Made by a program: the position numbers and the translations under genes. The notes below the pieces were generated by a model. It saw nothing but the letters and a program-made list of their open reading frames with translations. It had not been told where the DNA came from and made no database searches. A DNA stretch of 63,468 bases, the filler included, from Licmophora abbreviata (taxonomy: Eukaryota), in the NCBI GenBank assembly GCA_900291995.1. It is 18 parts of 18 records of this genome, joined end to end, with 100 filler letters (N's around TTAATTAATTAA, not from the genome) between each part and the next. Parts side by side here need not be neighbours in the genome. Positions count along the whole stretch, not along the records: positions 21,325 to 25,495 come from OLMU01002416.1; positions 25,596 to 26,927 come from OLMU01002417.1; positions 27,028 to 28,305 come from OLMU01002418.1; positions 28,406 to 34,733 come from OLMU01002420.1; 14 more parts are not named here. One strand, 5' to 3'. How positions within the stretch are numbered: position 1 is the first letter of the stretch; each line of letters begins with the position of its first letter. Below, piece by piece: positions 23,301 to 34,240 of this stretch.

Positions 23301-25154
23301 TCCTGCCGCTGTGATATTCATCACACGAGCCTGCAATATACTCTGCTTGGACACGACGCCGAGATACGATCCAGCCATTCCAGCAGTCAGAACTAGTGGC
23401 AATTCGGGACCCAGACTTAGACCGGATGACATGCCAAGGGTCGACAGAATGAACAACGTCAGGAACGTTTCGTGGTTCTGAACACCTCGCGAGTGAAGCG
23501 CGTTGATCCATTCGTTCTGCCCTGGGATGGGTGTTGGTAAAATCGCAAAAACGTACGAGAGGACTCCACCAAACAGAGAGGGAACAATCCACATGTAGTG
23601 TGGCAACGGAAAGTGGCCATCTTGGTCGGTAAAGACGCCCCATTGTAGAAGCGCAGCTGGAACGGTCTGCCAAACGAATCCTACACACTTTTCAATAAGC
23701 TCTTTCCACAATGCCGTGTAGATACCCATTCCGATCCCAACTAGGATAGCCCAGCAAAATTGTTGGAGTGAAGTGAATTCTGGAAACTCCGGATTGTACA
23801 AAAGGTGCCGAATCACTCGTGCCAGCGTCCATCCCGTATTATCGTCAAAATAGGGATTCCCATCCTCGTCGTATTGTACATCGGACATGAGCCAGAACAT
23901 GGGATCCAAGATGTCCCAAAGAATGTGTGTATAGGACCGTTCATTATCGTGCTCAAACGAAAATGATTCCGATCCCTCCGTCGACACGTCCTTGCTGGGT
24001 TCCGCTTCTTCCGTCATTGGTTGCAACCGCTGCTGCGAAGCCGACCGCTGGACAGTAGCTTCACGCTGCTGTTCTCCCAAGGCCTGCGAAGAAAATTGAG
24101 CCATCTGTGCCCGCTGATCTTGATCCGGTGCATACGACCAGTAATTTTCGGGCGGGGGCGGACGGAAGTTGCCATTCATCATCATCGCTCGCTCATATGC
24201 AGCACGGTCGTGTTCCATCATAGCAGTGCCATAAGACCCGACATGTCGTGCTCGAGGATTGGTCCGGCTGTGTGCTGCAAGGATTCCTGCTGGAAAAACG
24301 TTCCGCCGGAGGAGTGATTGGACTCCACGAGTCCTGAGCCATACAAACCGGAACGTAGCGATGAAACTGACTCGGAAAGATCGGGAAAATGCCTTTCAGA
24401 CAGTCGAGCAGAGTCCACGAGATTTGCGCCAAAAAAGTCAGAATGGAGCGACATCGACCCACTAGAGCTATGAAACGGCGCGCCATTCGGATTCTGTGGT
24501 CTTGCATCCGGTGGCATATTTCCATACAACAGAAAAGGGGGCGGATGCGGTTCATGTGCACTGGGAGAACCAGAGCCGCTTACCACGGGGCCAGTATAGC
24601 CGCGCATCGCTGCCACAGCAGTAGCATTCATCATGGGCGGGAGCATTTCGACACCGGGGGTGCCGGGGTAGGCCCCGAAAGGAGGAACCTGCTGTCCATG
24701 TGACGGCACCCGCTGCTCGCCACGTACGTGCGACGGACCATGTCTTGTCCCGAACGAATTGTAATCCACATGTGCTCTTCGTGCTTGCATGCCTGTCATG
24801 CCCATGGAGGCTACGTCTCCTGCGTGGGTGGCGGCCATGGGAGAAGCCTTACTCGGGCTTTTCCTGTGCGTTTTCCCATGATGCGCCTTGCGTTTGGCAT
24901 ACGGCCCATCTGACGATTCTCGGAGGCTCTTTTTCGGAGGCTCGCGATAAAAGGGCTCCTCGTGTCGACCCTGACGAGTCCAATCGCTGCCTCGTGTGTT
25001 CCATGATCATTTCTGGAGGCCCATCCCAGGCCGCGCGGTGTACGGACTCGCTGCCTCCGCTTGAGGAGTGCTGTTGATGGTAATTATGGACGCGATGTGG
25101 TGTCTTGGACTCCTTGGCGCTACTGTTTCGATGGGGAGGCTTCGGAGGTGTCAT
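20388..25154 (-). CDS. CLC-family anion channel/transporter of prokaryote (YfeO/EriC-like) type with long disordered termini; introns 22685-22608 and 22142-22060; apparent frameshifts near 24860-25010 and 24237-24239; spans the gap at 21225
   Basis: SLGPELP, AAVGGFFGFPMAGALFVLE, MFWGEAQLQ and LSLGTGIIGGHFWGPLFVG are CLC helix motifs. Introns join the ORFs in frame. Confidence 0.8.
20826..21722. repeat. ~399-bp imperfect direct duplication on both sides of a gap (20826-21224 vs 21325-21722)
   Basis: Manual alignment gives about 25 substitutions and 1 indel (~93-94% identity). Confidence 0.9.
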
Positions 25155-25681
25155 TTTAATGTTTTAGAGGAAACCGCGTGCGTCGTTCCCACACAGTCGA
25201 CCCACTCGGAGCAAAGGAAGCTGCTTTCTGCTGTGATATGGTAGGAGACAATCAAGAATGAAAATATTCGTACGGCGCCGATCTTCGACAAAGCTCGGTT
25301 TCCTCACGAGCAATGCGAAGCGCAGTTTTTCGAAGGTTTCAAATTAGAACGCTCTTTAGGAGGTGGTCAGGGACGAACTAAGCTGTGATGTCGCAAGTCA
25401 CCGCTCCTGCTCTAGGATGGCTGATGCAAAGGGCGGCGGCATCATCGGGGATCCCGGATCGAACAGGAAAAAGCGCGCATCCTCCACCAATTCATNNNNN
25501 NNNNNNNNNNNNNNNNNNNNNNNNNNNNNNNNNNNNNNNTTAATTAATTAANNNNNNNNNNNNNNNNNNNNNNNNNNNNNNNNNNNNNNNNNNNNTAAAG
25601 GATAGAATCCTAACGTTGCTAGAACAGATGCTTACACTTGGATACCTTACAGGACAGCACTATTTCATTACACCATTAGGG

Positions 25682-27933
25682 CTACGCGGTCTCCACTGGC
25701 GTAACAGGGTGATGCCCGGCAAGCTTGGCGTCTCCAATGTTGCTGCTGTTATCTTTACCGTCTTCGCCGTTGGCTGCTTGGTTTCGTCGCACTGCCCACG
25801 ACAACATCTTGTTCAACGCCGCAACATAGGCACGAGCAGACGATATACAAATATCGCCGTCCGACCCAGCACCGGAAAACTTGCGTTTCTTCTCTACTTC
25901 CGACTGGGCATCCACCGTAGTACTAAAGTCGTTGGGACCTCCGCTCTTGGGAGAAATGACTACTCGTGTCGTTGCCAGGGCCTGTGGGGGTGTGGACGCA
26001 TCAGAGGAATAGCATGTGAGTTCACCGACAAATCAGCCCTCTGCAATTGAAACACTCGCTTGCTCTACTTGCCTCGATTCCTTCCGTCACTCCGCCCATG
26101 TTGTAAGACTCCAGTTCGACATCCACACCGATGATTTGATCAATCGCCTTGTACACGGCATCGACCGGACCCGTGCCTGTCGCCGCAACGTATCGTTCGA
26201 TTTGATCTGGGCCCCGCATCTTGACAGTTGCCGTAGGAATACCAGACATGCCCGTACTAACTTGCAGTCCGGTGATCTTCCATAGGACATTGGACAAGCC
26301 AGCCTGGTCGGTCACCAACGCTTCCAAGTCTTCGTCTTCCAGACCGCCCTTCTTCTTCTCGGCAACTTGCTTGAATCGCTCAAAGACAGCATTCAACTTG
26401 TCGACATCGAGATCATACCCGAGCTCCCTCAATCGCGTTCCGACGGCATTGCGCCCCGAATGCTTTCCCAGGACGATACCGGCGCCGCTCTGTGCCTCGC
26501 CGCGCATCAAACCAATCGACTCGGGCGTCATGATTTCGTACGTGCTCTTGTTCTTGATCATGCCATCCTGATGAATACCCGACTCATGCTGAAACGCATT
26601 GACGCCAACAATAGCCTTGTGCGGTTGACACGGCATGCCCGTATACTCGGCCACCATTTTTGATGTCGGAGTAATATGAACGGGGTTGATGGCTGTACGC
26701 AGTTTGCCAGTACCAGGACCTCCCGTAAAGTCTGAATCACCCTTGAGCGCCAACGACATGACTATTTCCTCCAAGGATGCATTTCCAGCCCTCTCACCAA
26801 TACCGTTAATGGTGCATTCGAGCTGACGCGCTCCATTAAGGGCCCCCGCCAAACTGTTGGCAGTTGCCAACCCAAGATCGTTCTGGCAGTGCGTACTAAA
26901 GACAACCTTGTCGGCACCCTGGACATTNNNNNNNNNNNNNNNNNNNNNNNNNNNNNNNNNNNNNNNNNNNNTTAATTAATTAANNNNNNNNNNNNNNNNN
27001 NNNNNNNNNNNNNNNNNNNNNNNNNNNAAAGACAACCTTGTCGGCACCCTGGACATTCTCCCTCAATTTCTTGATGAGACTACCAAACTCCCATGGCATG
27101 GTCCATCCTGTCGTGTCGGGAATGTTAAGGGTAGTGGCACCCGCCAGGATGACCTCGGAAAGAATGCGATACAGATACTCGGGATCGGAACGACCGGCGT
27201 CTTCCGGACTAAACTCGATATCGTCGCAGCCCAAGCTCTTGGCAAACTTGACAGCATTGACAGCAATCTCCACGACTTGATCCGGCGTTTTGTTCAACTT
27301 GGTTTCCATGTGAATCTGGGACGTGGCAATAAAGGTGTGAACCCTCGGTCGCTTGGCTCCCTTGACGGCATCCCAGGCGCGCTCAATGTCCTTGGGGTTG
27401 GCACGACTGAGTCCGCAAATGACTGGAACGTATCCATCTTCAAAGACTTCATTTCCCACTAGATCCGCAATCTGTTTGACTCCTTCAAAGTCATCCGGGG
27501 ACGCAATGGGGAATCCCGCTTCGATAATGTCCACCCCGAGCTTGGCCAGCATGCGTGCGATTTCCAGCTTTTCCGAGGAGGTCAAGGTCGCTCCGGGCGA
27601 CTGTTCGCCATCGCGGAGGGTGGTATCGAAAATGCGGACGTAATCAGGGTCGTCAATGCGACCAGGAATGTAGTCGGGCCGCAATTTGCGTTCGTACAGG
27701 GCGGCAGTGGCCGGATCCGTCTTGTCGGTCGACGAGGCTGACACGACGACCTTGGTGCGACGACCATGATGAAGAGATGTGCGAGTACGATCATCGGGTC
27801 TTACTCCCCACCGAGAGGAGGGTCGAGATACTGATGATGTTGAAACTGGCGTAAAGGCAGACACAGTCGTGGTAGTAGCACAAGAGGATGCCAACAAGGC
27901 GGCTCCCAAGGCAGCAGACCAGACAATTCTCAT
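25682..27933 (-). CDS. leuA: Plastid-targeted 2-isopropylmalate synthase; GC-AG intron 26072-25982; the gap at 26928 is a 30-nt contig overlap
   Basis: VSAFTP presequence. [35 protein letters not shown] and LGKHSGR motifs, plus regulatory domain GTGPVDA...EGIE|ALATTRV. Confidence 0.96.
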
Positions 27934-28655
27934 TCTGGTTTGTTGAAATCAAAATTATTTCGTCGCAGAACGTTAGTTTCAGTCGAAGTGTTGACTAGTG
28001 GTAGACAAGGAGATAAGAGTCACGCGTCAGACGATCCGCAATGTATTTGGGATCCTCAGCAGACCGCTTTCACAAGGCCGACAGCGATGCAAGAATGAAA
28101 TCGATCCAGAGTTCAGAGTTCATCAGTTGTCGTCGCGCTTTTTGATGTCGATGTGTTCGTCGGATCAAACGATTTGGGAGTTTTATATTCTGTGGCCATG
28201 AACGCTTTGGATCCTTAGTAGAATCTTTGCGTAGACCCGTACGGGAAAGTTGAAGTGGGACAGGTTATGAGGGACATCTTGACGTCCCTTGATTTTTTTC
28301 GATCANNNNNNNNNNNNNNNNNNNNNNNNNNNNNNNNNNNNNNNNNNNNTTAATTAATTAANNNNNNNNNNNNNNNNNNNNNNNNNNNNNNNNNNNNNNN
28401 NNNNNTCGGGGGATGCTAGGTCGTCGCTGTCACGTCTACATAGCGAAGGCATCGTGTCGTCACATTTCAGCCACGTCAAACTAAACAAATTATTATTTGC
28501 AATGTGTAAATTCAGATACATACAACGAGTTTAGTTTCCAGAATAGACCACAATTCGACAGAAGTGTAGCGTCACGATCCCGGGAGTCACCTGACTTTTA
28601 AAAACTTCGAGGCAAATTGAATCATTTCTCGATCAAAATTCCAACGCCGACGCTA

Positions 28656-29227
28656 TTACTGCGGAAGTGTGCGATAGTCGGTACCTATGGGAATGTCAAG
28701 ATTGGGCCTGTGAATCTGCTGCTCTTCTCGCGTAGCTTGCATCATCCTCTCCGCATGGAAACGATCACAGTTCCGCCGCTCGTCGTACGTTTGGGCATGT
28801 CGATTTCCTTGTTTCATAATCGCAGGACGTCTCGTGTCGATCCCCTGCGCCGCCAGATACGCGTCTCGCACTTGGCGGTGTCGTTCCTCCACCACGGCCC
28901 CACTACGAATGGGCTCCATCCGATCCATGGCGCCGGCCTGCTCGAGAATCCATTTCATCTGTTGACACTGTAACTCCTCCTCTTCGTCTTTCAAGGCAAA
29001 GAATCTTCGCCACACACTGATGGAAGCCCAAGAATTCGGATGGACATTGGACTAGTAATAATATAGAGCATGGAGTAGGGAAAGAAGGCACCAAACGTGA
29101 GAAAACACGGCAATCGACAGACGTGGACTCTTGTGCGAACGTCATATGTTTCGCTTGTTTCTTCTCGACATACCCGGGCACCTGACGGTCCAAAAGCCTT
29201 GAGTAAGGAAAGGAATCTACTCATCAT
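28656..29227 (-). CDS. Uncharacterised small protein; exons 29227-29141, 29051-28656
   Basis: A GT-AG intron (29140-29052) joins two ORFs in frame (SETYD|SNVHPNSWASISVWRRFF). No recognisable domain. Confidence 0.45.
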
Positions 29228-29620
29228 TGTAACGAACTAGTCTACACAATCAATGAGGAGGAGGAGGCGACCGTAGAGAGACTCAACGACAGACACTGTC
29301 GACTGCTGTCGTCGTCGATGAATTCTGTGATTTGTGATTTCTGAGAGAAGAATCGAATGATCGAAAACCAATCAATCGAAAAAAATCTTCTGTACTGGGG
29401 GCTGCGTAAGTTCTACGTCAAATGAGAATTCGGACTCTCGTCCACGGGAATTCTGTCCTCTGACGCACGGCGTAAAACAAACTAGGCGAGACATCGCGCG
29501 AGAACCTCCCTCCGATTCGCGCGCAAAAAGATCGTCGGCACAACAACAACAACAACAACATCACCGTGTCGTCGTCGTCTTGCTTTTGTGTGTTTGCAGT
29601 AGGCTTTCTTAGCTTGGAAT

Positions 29621-30123
29621 ATGTCGGAAGCCCCAAGGACCAAGTTGAGCCCTGAGCTGGCCGTGGACTTGGACGCCATGTCAAGTGTAAGTCAAAAGAA
29701 ACATAGGCACTTACTGGCTCCAGCTTGTGCGTAGAGATCAGTACAATCTCTACGCTAGGAACATTGCCAAGTTATTAGGAACATTTCAGTTTCTAGTCTG
29801 ATTGGGTATGAGTGGATCGCTTGTATGCTTGATTGTTCTCACATTTCGCATACACACACACACATTTTCTTTTCCAGCTCTTGTCGATGGTTTGCTTTGA
29901 CGAATTCAAAATGTACGGTGCACAACGAGGCCCCAGTGGTCCCAAGTCGCAGGCGGTGTTGGATTGCTATGTGCGCGGCAAGACGGCCATTCAAGAGTCT
30001 TGTGCGGAAGAACTCAATGTGCTACGGGATTGCCTACTGGTGAATCCAAAGAAAAGTGTCGCGTGTAAGGAGGCACGGGAAGCCTTGGAAATATGTGGTG
30101 CAAAGAAGATATTGAAAAAGTAA
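29621..30123 (+). CDS. Small twin-CX9C (CHCH) mitochondrial intermembrane-space protein, Mix14/NDUFA8-like; exons 29621-29686, 29878-30123
   Basis: CAEELNVLRDC and CKEAREALEIC motifs. GTAAGT donor and TTTCCAG acceptor are in frame. Confidence 0.65.
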
Positions 30124-30701
30124 GATAACATGTAGGCGAAAGGCACAGTGTGGAGGCGGTCAAGTGTGGATACGCACACTTCCTTGGTTCCTGTCATGCT
30201 CAATGGTGGTTTGCATTGGGTCCACTGGATCGGTCCCTTTTAACAAAAACTAGCATTGCAATAACGACGAGTAGAGCGGGTACTGTCGATCCACTCTCGC
30301 TTGTGCTGATTCGGAATCGATCGTCAATGACTGATTGAGTGTGACATGTGAACTAAAAGGTCGAAGCCGATGATGCGTTCCCTCTAGAGTTCCATTTCTC
30401 CGTGCGGGGCTCTTCGAATCTTGTTCATTTCGTCTGCTCTCACTGCCCTCAGTCGATCGAGTTTGCGTAAGGCATTAGCAGCGCTGAGCTCGGTCTGGGG
30501 CAGACACGTTTCGACTATATTTCGCCTACGTAATTTTGTACCGGGCTCTACGGTAAAACCAACCTCACATTTTTCGAATGCAATCGTAACATTTTCTTCC
30601 CGTCGCATCACATGCCGCTGTCACTTTTGCACCGCTGCTGTTGAAATATCTTGCTGTGATTCTCCTCCTACCTTTTACATTCCTTGTTTTCTACAATCAT
30701 C

Positions 30702-31214
30702 ATGAGTCGTCTGTCGAATCGCAGAAAGAGGCCCACAAACAAAACGTCATCTTCTCTCCGCAAGGAGGCCGTGTTTGATGTAAGTTGTACATGAACTCTT
30801 CCAAGGCTTCGAGACACCGTATTTCCTCAACTTTCATCTCTTTATTCCACTCGGCAGCTCGGAATGTGTCGAAAGGAAGCAAACATGAGAAACACGGACA
30901 CAGAGTCTCGTTGCGTTGACATTTCCTCTCGACTGCTGGATACCCATTGCGAAAAACTATACAAATCTTACATCGACTGCCGCAGGGACACGGGAGATCA
31001 CAGCCCCAAGTGTCACTCAGCACTGGGCTACTTGAGCAATTGTTCCAAATTACATCAAGTTCCGGAGCGGGCCCACAAGGCGATATATCATCATGGGCAA
31101 AGAGTTTCAATGTACCATCCGTCATCAACGCGGACCATCATCGTCAACGACATGCAGATGGATACTCGATTTAATCGATGGCTCTCTTTGTTCCAAAGCT
31201 ACATGGAAATGTGA
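30702..31214 (+). CDS. Second twin-CX9C protein; exons 30702-30779, 30858-31214
   Basis: CEKLYKSYIDC and CHSALGYLSNC motifs. GTAAGT...GGCAG intron in frame, with a basic N-terminus. Confidence 0.55.
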
Positions 31215-31382
31215 GACCATCGATACTGTAGTCTACTAACAGTAGCTGATATCTCTTGCCAGGACGCTCACTGTACCCCGAACCGATTTCGCAAACACCC
31301 ATCATAGCTAGATCCTCCACCACCTTCAACCTATCATTCACATCCCTGTAAAACTTACTTCGACGTTTTATTTCTATCATTG

Positions 31383-32218
31383 TTATAACACAACATTACG
31401 TTGGCCTAGCAAAAACGGAGATTGTTTTCCTCCCTGTTTTCGGCACTCTTTAGCTTTCTGCTCACTCTCGGGAGGAGGCACAAAAACCAAGGTCTTCAAT
31501 TCATCATCATTATCGGTAGATCCACCACCAGCAGTACTAGGCTTTACCATTTCGGCCAAGACCGCAAACAATTCCGTCACGAGTATCTCTGGCATACGAT
31601 CGGATGACACTTTGGGATTGTTCTTCTTCCAATCGCTAATGAGCTGGGACTTGCTAAAGTAAAGCGGACTTTTCTCTTCGTTTTCGTCGCCCTTGCGAAG
31701 TATTGTGAAATCGGCCATGTAAAATAGCGGCACCTTTCCTTCTGCCAGTTCCGTTTTCCCATTCTTATCCAAGGCCAAGGCGTCCTCAACATCTGACTCA
31801 CTCGGAGCAACTTGAAAGTAGTTCCCACCGGATCGGTTCGTCCCGTACATGGACTTGGTCACGAGAGTCACGGCAACGTCAAGTGGCACGGACGACACTC
31901 GCGCCGTACTCCAAGGGTTGGATGAAATGCCGAGTAAGTCCAGCTCTTGCTGCTTGGAGAGTGTCGCTGGCAATCCTTCTTGTTTACGTTTGACTCGCAA
32001 TTCTTGAAGCGCTTCTTGAATTCCCTTATCCGCACTCTGCTTGGCCAATGCCAAGATTCGCTTGGCTTCCTCGTAGCTTGTAAAAAAGTAGCCTGTCACT
32101 TTGGCATCTTCCCCAACGACCATGTACGGCACACCCTGGACGTCCACCAAAGTGAAGGTCGGTACGACTCTGAGACGATCTGCTACCGACGAGGTCGATA
32201 CCAATCCCTCTGTTACTT

Positions 32219-32252
<34 letters not shown>

Positions 32253-32642
32253 GCTTTCAGTGGCTAGTGCGGGAACACTTGGAACAAGCGAGCCGCCGGC
32301 GATGGCCATTAACATCAGCGTGCGTCGCTTATCATCGTTCACTATTGATAAGTCGGTGGTCTTTGTTGGACCCTCCTCTGGAAAAACTTTTGGAGACATG
32401 TCACGCCTAGTCAGTGCCTGATAGTGATGCAGATGGTGGTGACGCATAGTGGGAATTCTTGTAGTAGCAAAAGTAGTCAAAGTGATGGGATATGCGTCGC
32501 ATAGCGGTGTCGTCGTCGTCGTGATATCGGTAGTTATCATGCTGTTGTGATGCTGATTGAAGGACAACAACGCCATCACAAGAACAGATTTCTTCAGCGC
32601 GAAAAGCACTGCCCAGTGTCGTTGTCTTTGTCTGAGCATCAT
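31383..32642 (-). CDS. Tic22-like protein with a long targeting presequence
   Basis: LRVVPTFTLVDVQGVP, YFFTSYEEA, RVSSVPLDVA, GKVPLFY and PLYFSKSQL match the Tic22 duplicated fold. Confidence 0.75.
32221..32253. repeat. (TTG)11 microsatellite encoding a poly-Asn tract in the Tic22-like gene
   Basis: Read directly. Confidence 0.9.
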
Positions 32643-33166
32643 GGTGAAATCGAGGGAAGAATTGGCTGTATAGTCTATGATCACGTCCCATCGTCGTCGA
32701 CGGAAAGTGCGTGCGTGTTGTGTTGTTGTGTGAAGATTTTGGCTTGGTAGAGCTCGCAGCTCGCACACGACCATCGTCGACAATAACGAGACTATCGTGA
32801 GAGTGGCATCTCCTCTTGACAACGACACAATTGTATGGCTGCTCCGCCGCGTCGTATGATACATTTCAATGTAGAGATCATTCTCATACTGCATAATGTG
32901 GACAGAGAAGAAAGTGGATTGGGATTTACGTTCTGTGCTTCTCAATCTGTGAAAAAGGGTTGCCAGGACCACCTTGTGTCATTGTGTAATAACTTTGAAG
33001 GCTGCCCAACAAAATGCCTGCTACGAGTCGAATGTACATTGAACAGGGACGAACCAACGGTCGCTACATTATATCATAAAAATAAACAACGGCGTCTTCT
33101 GTTTCTCGATGTGCCCTTCTCTTCTTGGCAGTACTCCACATCGTTCTCTCCACATGGAAAAGTCAA

Positions 33167-33790
33167 TCACAACCATTCAGCACAATCGTAATCGATTTCT
33201 TCTAGAATGCAACGATCCTCAGATCTGCAGAAACGACCGGGAGTGCACGTACTGCATCCACCATACGAGAGCCAGCTATTGGGATAACACAGAATGCGTC
33301 GGGGATCAATAAAGTCTGTGCGAAAGAAAAAGACAAGCATTGTTAGTGAGTCACAGCTTCATCCTCTCCCACACTGTGTGGATTCCTTCACTTACAAAGC
33401 GGCTGACGATCCCCGCGATGAAACAAGTCACGACGGTTGATGCGATTGTAACAGATAAACTCCTTGTTGGGATCGCACGTGCGGAATTCACTCTCGTCGC
33501 AAGGACCGTAAATGTCTTCTCCCGTCGGCTGTTCCCCAACCTTGCAAATGTCCGTGAGGGGATTGTACGGCAAGTCTGGACCTCCCAATTTGCGGTGCTG
33601 CAGAGAGACGGACGAGTGGGGAGAGAGACGAATCTACGTCAGCAGTGCGCATCACGAGAGTCAGTCTGAAAGGGCTGCCAATTTTGTGAGTGTAACGCAC
33701 CTCCTGTTCGACCGAAAGCTCGCTTCCCGACGAGGGCGCCACAGCCAAAGCGGCTATTGAGAGCAAAGCGAACAAACTTGATTGGATCAT
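33167..33790 (-). CDS. Small secreted cysteine-rich protein with an RKL propeptide motif; exons 33790-33701, 33597-33396, 33315-33167
   Basis: Signal peptide MIQSSLFALLSIAALAVAPSSG. Two GT-AG introns give EQE|HRKLGG...QPL|YFIDPRRILCYPNSWLSYGGCSTCTPGRFC...CAEWL*. Confidence 0.7.
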
Positions 33791-34240
33791 CTTGAGCAAT
33801 GCGAACAAAATTGGGGCCTTCGGTAACGATAATAGTCGCAGCACAGCAGCAAACACAGCACAACAATTCAATGGTCTCCCCTTTTTTCGGAGTGCGCAAG
33901 TCGTGCAGAATGGGGGTCGTGCAAAATGGCGGGAAAATGGCGCGCTCTGCTTATAGATGGATTCGAGTTTGTATGTGTATATTTATTTTGAACTCTATGA
34001 AAAGTTAACACTCTCTGAGAGGAACGGAGGACAATTTTGCTAAAACTCAACGGACGCCTAATCACAATCCGTGGTCTACAAGACATATCTCCGAAAACGA
34101 GCCCGCCGGGACTGAACATCAGATATTTGTTGGCTGATGACGAAAAGAGCACAACAAACACGACAAACTGAAGCTCACAATCATTTACACACAACGGAGT
34201 AGTGTAGTTTGTGAAGAGACAAGTGATTTTCAAGACGAGC

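Noticed and set aside
26898..27057. 30-bp direct repeat flanking the gap in leuA
   Set aside because: Identical contig-end overlap; merging the ends restores a continuous reading frame.
29357..29655. Spliced upstream ORF ending CCC-TGA and overlapping the CX9C gene, reminiscent of an antizyme +1 frameshift or a Sec codon
   Set aside because: The downstream frame has its own ATG (29621) and encodes a CX9C protein, not antizyme. No SECIS was evident and the transcription start is unknown.
30384..31128. Minus-strand ORFs 30384-30611 and 30700-31128 (Cys-rich)
   Set aside because: No recognisable motif. The longer ORF overlaps the better-supported spliced plus-strand CX9C gene.
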